A stretch of DNA of 63,030 nucleotides, filler included, from Malassezia furfur (Eukaryota), in the NCBI GenBank assembly GCA_052055015.1. It is 3 parts of 3 records of this genome, joined end to end, with 100 filler letters (N's around TTAATTAATTAA, not from the genome) between each part and the next. Parts side by side here need not be neighbours in the genome. Positions count along the whole stretch, not along the records: positions 42,133 to 63,030 come from JBQJIT010000173.1; 2 more parts are not named here. The stretch is one strand, 5' to 3'. Numbering within the stretch: position 1 is the stretch's first letter; the number at the start of each line of letters is the position of its first letter. Below are positions 57,613-63,030 of this stretch, in pieces. The notes under the pieces are model-generated. The model worked only from the letters and a program-made list of their open reading frames with translations. It was not told the DNA's origin and searched no databases. The position numbers and the translations under genes were made by a program.

Positions 57613-59481
57613 CTACGTGCGGTCTTTGGGCGTGTCCTGCGCCGTCTGCGGCTCGTCCTGCTGCGGCTGCTGCCCCTTGGTCTGCTCCATGGCGTGGGCG
57701 ACGCTCGCGGCCGCCGCGAGCGTGCGCATCGCCTTGGAGTCCTGCTGCTCGTTGAGGTCGGCGACGGTGATCACGCGCGGCTCCTGGTTCTGGCTGCCGC
57801 CCATCTCGACGATGTACGGCCCCTGCGCCTCGTACTCGGGCTCCGTCTCGGAGAGGTACACGTCGCGGCGCGGCATGCTGCGCTCGTCGGTGTCCGAGTA
57901 CTCGCTGAACATCTCCGAGGCCATCGAGCTCGACATGTCCTGCCCCGAGCGGCGCCCACGCGCCGACGTGCGCGGCGACGCGTTGCGCGGCGACGCGGTG
58001 TGCGGCGTGCCGACGTGCTTGAGCGACACCTTGTCGCGCGCGTTGCGTGCGGGCACGACGCCGTACTTGCTGCGGCTGCCCGAGCGGCCCTGGCGCTGGA
58101 TCGTGCCGAACGAGCTGTGCAGCGGCGTCTGGTTCGGCCCGCCATGCTTGCGGCGGCGCTCGATGATGCCGCGGATGAGCGGCTGCCATGGCTCCTGGCG
58201 CATGCCCGCGGGCTTCTGGCGCACGACCTTGATCTTGTTGTGCACGTCGACAAACACGTCCGTCTCGTCGACGATCTCCTCGCCGATCATCTCCTCGATG
58301 ATGTCCTCGAGCGTCACGACGCCCTGCGCGCCCTCCGGCTCACCGGGGTGCTGCGACACGAGGATCATGTGCGAGCGGCCGACCTGCATGTAGTTGATTG
58401 CGTCGAGCAGGTTCAGGTCCGGCGACGCCTCGGGCAGCGGCGTGAGCTGGAAGCACGACACCGGCCAGCCGTCCTCGGGGTCGTACTGGATGAGGCGCTT
58501 CACGAGGAGCATGCCGATGATCGCGTCCGGCTTGCCCGGCTCGTGCACCGGCACGCGCGAGTAGCCCGACTCGACGAGGCGGTCGACGGCCGGCTCGTCG
58601 AGCACGTAGTCGCTCGACAGCGTAAACACGTCCTCGATCGGCGTCATGACGTCGCGCAGCGTCTTGTCGTTCAGGTCGAGCACCGCGCGGATGATGGTCA
58701 CCTCGTCGTCGTTGAGGTGCTCGGAGCCGATCTGCTGGTGCAGCGCGACAAACGTCTTGAGCTCCGCCTTGCGGTACGTTGTGCCGTACTCCTCGCCGAG
58801 GCAGTAGTCGAGCAGCTTCGCCGTCGGCCACGCAACGGGCGCCATGAGGATCATCGCGCAGTGCACGAGCGGCGCACACATCGCGCCGATCTGCAGGCCG
58901 TAGCGCGCACAGATCGACTGCGGCACAATCTCGCCAAAGATGACAATGAGCACCGTCGAGACAATCACCGCACTCAGCCCCGAGCCGAACTCGGACAGGA
59001 AGATGGGCAGCGTCTCGTTCACGATCACGTTGCCGAGCAGCAGCACCACGAGCACCCAGTGCCGCCCGCGCTCGAGCAGGCGCATCACCTTGGTCGCGTT
59101 CTTGCGCTCCTGCTCGGTCCCCGACGTCATGAGCACCTGCAGGTTCACCATGTCGAGGCCCATCAGCCCGAGCGTCAGCCCGGCAAAGATGCCGCCCAGC
59201 AGCACAAGCACGCCGATCATCACAAGGTCCAGCGACTTGGCCAGCGCCGTCTTGGCCACCTTCTCCGCGTCGCCGCCGCCGCCGCCGCCGTGCGAAAGCA
59301 GCGAGGCGACCGCCTCCGGCCGCACGACGCCCGCCGCGTACGACTGCGCCGCCGGCATCGCACGCACGCCCGAGACGAGCGCGTGCATTGCATAGCTTCC
59401 TAGCAACAGGATGCGCTTCGCGACCGCGTGGGACGCCGCGCCCGCGCGGGGCACGCCGCTGCTTGCCCAAGCGCTTGCCAT
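57613..59481 (-). CDS. MAM3: CNNM/DUF21-CBS metal transport protein Mam3
   Basis: [73 protein letters not shown]. Confidence 0.9.
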   Translation of the reverse strand: MASAWASSGVPRAGAASHAVAKRILLLGSYAMHALVSGVRAMPAAQSYAAGVVRPEAVASLLSHGGGGGGDAEKVAKTALAKSLDLVMIGVLVLLGGIFAGLTLGLMGLDMVNLQVLMTSGTEQERKNATKVMRLLERGRHWVLVVLLLGNVIVNETLPIFLSEFGSGLSAVIVSTVLIVIFGEIVPQSICARYGLQIGAMCAPLVHCAMILMAPVAWPTAKLLDYCLGEEYGTTYRKAELKTFVALHQQIGSEHLNDDEVTIIRAVLDLNDKTLRDVMTPIEDVFTLSSDYVLDEPAVDRLVESGYSRVPVHEPGKPDAIIGMLLVKRLIQYDPEDGWPVSCFQLTPLPEASPDLNLLDAINYMQVGRSHMILVSQHPGEPEGAQGVVTLEDIIEEMIGEEIVDETDVFVDVHNKIKVVRQKPAGMRQEPWQPLIRGIIERRRKHGGPNQTPLHSSFGTIQRQGRSGSRSKYGVVPARNARDKVSLKHVGTPHTASPRNASPRTSARGRRSGQDMSSSMASEMFSEYSDTDERSMPRRDVYLSETEPEYEAQGPYIVEMGGSQNQEPRVITVADLNEQQDSKAMRTLAAAASVAHAMEQTKGQQPQQDEPQTAQDTPKDRT

Positions 59482-59599
59482 CAACTTTTCTTCGCCAGGC
59501 CCGGCCGGCTGCGCAACGTGCGCCCCAGGCACACACGCACGCCCCCCCGACCGCATCGGCCGAGGCCTTCTTCGCTCACTCCACTTGGCGTCAAAAAAG

Positions 59600-60784
59600 A
59601 TGGTGCGTCCGAGGGCAGCGTAGCTGACGGCAGACGACCGTGCAACGCATCAAAGAGGTCGAGGATGAGATGGCCCGTACGTGACCCGCACTCACGCCAG
59701 GCACGCAGAAGAACAAGGCCACCGCGTACCATCTCGGCCAGCTGCGTGCGAAGCTCGCGAAGCTCAAGCGCGAGCTCATTGCGCCGACCGGCGGCGGCGG
59801 CGGCGGTGGCGGCATGGGCTTCGACGTCGCGCGCACGGGCATTGCGAGCGTCGGGTTCGTCGGCTTCCCGTCCGTCGGCAAGTCGACGCTCATGTCCGGC
59901 CTGACCGGCACGACGTCCGAGGCCGCCGCCTACGAATTCACCACACGTACGTCCTCGCCCGCGCTCACCCAGTCACCACCGTGCCGGGCACCATGACCGT
60001 GCGTGGCGCCAAGATCCAGGTGCTCGACCTGCCGGGCATCATCGAGGGCGCCAAGGACGGCAAGGGCCGCGGTCGCCAGGTGATTGCCGTCGCGCGCACG
60101 TGCAACCTCATCTTCATCGTGCTCGACGTGTGCAAGCCGCTGAAGGACAAGCAGATCCTCGAGGCGGAGCTGGAGGGCTTCGGCATCCGGCTGAACAAGC
60201 GCAAGCCGAACGTGATCGTCAAGAAGAAGGACAAGGGCGGCCTGTCGATCACCAACACCGTCCCGCTCACGAAGCTCGACCACGACGAGATCCGCGCGGT
60301 GATGAGCGAGTACCGCATCGCGAACGCCGACATTGCGTTCCGCGAGGACATCACCGTCGACGAGCTGATCGACGTCATCGAGAACAACCGGATATACATC
60401 CCGTGCATCTACGTGCTCAACAAGATCGACAGCATCTCGATCGAGGAGCTCGACCTGCTCTACAAAATCCCGCAGTCGGTGCCGATCTCGTCGCGCATGT
60501 GGCTCAACGTCGACGAGCTGGTCGACAAGATGTGGGACGAGCTGAACCTCGTGCGCATCTACACCAAGCCGCGCAAGTCGCCGCCGGACTACACCGCGCC
60601 CGTCGTGCTGCGCCGCGACAAGTGCACCGTCGAGGACTTCTGCAACGCCATCCACCGCGAGATCTTCAAGCAGTTCAAGTACGCGATGGTGTGGGGCACC
60701 TCGGCGAAACACGCGCGCGGCCAGCGCGTGGGCGCCGATCACGTGCTCGAGGACGAGGACTGCGTGACGATCTTCAAGCGCTAG
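59600..60784 (+). CDS. RBG1: Developmentally regulated GTPase Drg1/Rbg1
   Basis: [50 protein letters not shown] domain; introns 59603-59633, 59677-59700, 59947-59972. Confidence 0.95.
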
Positions 60785-60831
60785 GCGCTTTGTACCCTAC
60801 CGGCCTATAGTACACTGTAGCCGCCTACGCG

Positions 60832-61926
60832 CTACCACGCGGGCGCCGTACGCACGCCCTCCCACCGCGGGATGGTGCGCCCGATCGCGCCGTCGGGCGC
60901 CTGCCGCGCGTGCCGCGCCTTGTCGGAGCGCACCCCGAGCGCCGGCGTGCCGCGGTTGAGCGCCTCGAGCAGCACGCACGCCTTGCACAGCTCGTTCGAC
61001 GACAGGTAGCCGCACCGCGCACACGTGCGCTGCACCGCGCGCTTCACCTGCCCCGCGACGTGCAGGTTCTCGCCCGCATGGATGATGTCGATGATGCTCG
61101 ACGCACGGATGCTCTCGAGGTCCTTGAGGAAGGTGCGCGCATACCCGCGGTACGCGTTCGGCGAGTAGATGCACTCGGTGCTGAAGTAGTCGAGCTGCTT
61201 GAAGTACGCATACATCACAATCTCCTTCTCGTACGCATACTTGAACGGCTTGCTCCGCTTGATGCCACTCCCGCCGAACGACGCACCGCCGCCGCCACAC
61301 CCGCCCGCGTCGTCGTCGTCGCCCTCGGGGCCCTTGGTGAGGATCTCGGTGCACCGCTCGAGGCGCGCAATATCGCCGCGCAGCACATTCATGAGGATCG
61401 TCTCGGCGATGTCGTCCGCATTGTGCCCCGTGACGATGTGGTCGACGCCGAGCGACGCCGCGCCGCGGTCGAGCGCCTGCCGCCGGAACACGCCGCAGAA
61501 CGTGCAGTTGTTCTTCCGCCCGACGCTCGCGACGATCTCGTCCATCGACCAGCCGTACAGCTCCTTGTAGCCCAGCACGGTGAGCGGCATCGCATACTGC
61601 GCCTGGTTGCGCTTCACCGTCTCGAGGCTGTCGTCGCGGTACCCCGTGATGCCCTCGTCGATGCTCAGCAGGATCAGGTGCAGCCCGTAGTCGTAGCGCT
61701 CGTTGAGCGTCTTCATGACGTGCGCAAGCACCGTCGAGTCCTTCCCGCCGCTCGCGCCGATCGCCACGCGGTCGCCGCGCTGGAAGAGCCGCGCCTCGGT
61801 GATCGTGTGGTGCACCTCGGTCTCGAACACGTAGAAAAAACACCCCTTGCACACCATCTGGCCCGTCTTGGGGCGCCTCAGCACCGCACGCGCCTCGCCG
61901 CACAGCACACACGGCCGCGGCGCCAT
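60832..61926 (-). CDS. NCS6: Cytoplasmic tRNA 2-thiolation protein Ncs6/Ctu1
   Basis: SGGKDS PP-loop, [32 protein letters not shown], terminal CxxC pairs. Confidence 0.95.
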   Translation of the reverse strand: MAPRPCVLCGEARAVLRRPKTGQMVCKGCFFYVFETEVHHTITEARLFQRGDRVAIGASGGKDSTVLAHVMKTLNERYDYGLHLILLSIDEGITGYRDDSLETVKRNQAQYAMPLTVLGYKELYGWSMDEIVASVGRKNNCTFCGVFRRQALDRGAASLGVDHIVTGHNADDIAETILMNVLRGDIARLERCTEILTKGPEGDDDDAGGCGGGGASFGGSGIKRSKPFKYAYEKEIVMYAYFKQLDYFSTECIYSPNAYRGYARTFLKDLESIRASSIIDIIHAGENLHVAGQVKRAVQRTCARCGYLSSNELCKACVLLEALNRGTPALGVRSDKARHARQAPDGAIGRTIPRWEGVRTAPAW

Positions 61927-61973
61927 CAAAAACGAAGAAAGCACGCGCGCTTTGTCAGCGTGGGGAAACGACG

Positions 61974-63030
61974 ATGCTCGCGCTCCGCCGCCCGGCTGGC
62001 CTCGCGCGCCGCGCCCTGCACACGACCGCGCGCCTGCGCATCGACCGCCACGCCCACGAGGAGCACGAGCGGCCGGGCTACGCGATCCCGACGCCGTTCT
62101 GGGAGCGCGCGCTCCTCGGCGTCGGCAGCGCCCTCGGCCTGCTCGTCAACCCGAGCCGCGGCGACTGGCTCTCGGTGCTCACGCAGGTGTCCTCCTTCCC
62201 GAACATCGACCGCCTCGTCGGCCAGATGCGCGCCACACACGAGGGGCGCCGCCTCCTCGTCGCGCGCCCGTCGATCAACTCGCGCACCGTCGACCTCGAT
62301 GCCCTCTGGGCTCTCCCGGACGGCACGTTCGGCAAGGAGTGGGTGCGCTGGCTCCGCGCGAACCGCGTCGGGCCCGACGGCCGCTGCGAGGCTCGGCACA
62401 TGCCCACGCTCGAGACACGCTACGTGATCCAGCGCTACCGCGAGACGCACGACTTCTACCACGTGCTGCTCGGCATGCCGACCTCGACGCTCGGCGAGAC
62501 GGTCGTCAAGTACTTCGAGATGGCACACATGCACCTGCCCGTCGCCGCGCTCTCGGCGCTCGGCGGGAGCCTGCGCCTCGCGAACGACGACCGCGGCGCG
62601 CTCGTCCAGCGCCAGTCCGCTCAGCACACCGCGCAGCTGCAGCAGCTCGCGCCGTGGGCCGTGCGCCTCGGCCGCAACGTGCGCCTGCCGCTGATCGGCA
62701 TCGAGTGGGAGCGCCGCTGGGAGCAGCCGATCCACGAGCTGCGCGCCGAGCTCGGCCTCGACGAGCCGCCGCCCGTCGTGCTCGACGTGCTCCAGGCGCC
62801 GGAGCGCACAAGCCGCGCGCGCACGCAGGTGGCCGGCCGCCGCTTCTTTGGGTGGCCCAGCAAGGTGTGGGAGCGCCATGGCCACAAGGATGCGAGGTAT
62901 GTAGCGAGGGGCGCCGAGGCCCAAACCGACGGCCTCCAGGGCGCCTCTGTGCCGGGCGCCTCGGATCGGGCCGCTTCCGCAGCCCCCCCGGCTCGGGCCG
63001 CACCCGCCGTGCCCGAGGCGTCGGGCCCCT
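61974..63030 (+). CDS. COQ4: Ubiquinone biosynthesis protein Coq4-like; runs off the window end
   Basis: Mitochondrial presequence, [27 protein letters not shown]...GETVVKYFE (HDxxH-x-E motif); missing from the ORF track because there is no stop in the window. Confidence 0.88.
   Translation, partial: MLALRRPAGLARRALHTTARLRIDRHAHEEHERPGYAIPTPFWERALLGVGSALGLLVNPSRGDWLSVLTQVSSFPNIDRLVGQMRATHEGRRLLVARPSINSRTVDLDALWALPDGTFGKEWVRWLRANRVGPDGRCEARHMPTLETRYVIQRYRETHDFYHVLLGMPTSTLGETVVKYFEMAHMHLPVAALSALGGSLRLANDDRGALVQRQSAQHTAQLQQLAPWAVRLGRNVRLPLIGIEWERRWEQPIHELRAELGLDEPPPVVLDVLQAPERTSRARTQVAGRRFFGWPSKVWERHGHKDARYVARGAEAQTDGLQGASVPGASDRAASAAPPARAAPAVPEASGP

Noticed and set aside
1..63030. tRNA, rRNA, CRISPR arrays, transposases, prokaryotic defence systems
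   Set aside because: None recognised; the sequence is intron-containing eukaryotic DNA with no repeat-spacer structure

Overview
Eukaryotic, very gene-dense, GC-rich (roughly 60-65%) fungal DNA. Gene content, compactness, tandem secreted GMC oxidoreductases and one short AT-rich trough point to a Malassezia yeast (Ustilaginomycotina); this is an inference, not a database match. The window has three segments joined by two artificial 100-nt spacers (N44-TTAATTAATTAA-N44). I reconstructed about 43 protein-coding genes, mostly housekeeping, by splicing by eye. Main signals: (1) about 78 inferred spliceosomal introns, mostly only 21-26 nt with a floor at 21 nt and the branch site abutting the 3' splice site; (2) a ~470-bp island of ~18% GC at 44.1-44.6 kb resembling a Malassezia centromere core, flanked by genes with longer introns; (3) two intergenic box H/ACA snoRNA candidates and one unusually long, structured intron in NXT1; (4) an apparent DUF1308-LCCL fusion ORF; (5) URM1 and NCS6, from the same tRNA thiolation pathway, 3.2 kb apart; (6) recurrent CACGTG motifs in tiny promoters and nearly touching gene ends. 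All exon coordinates were read manually and need RNA-seq confirmation.
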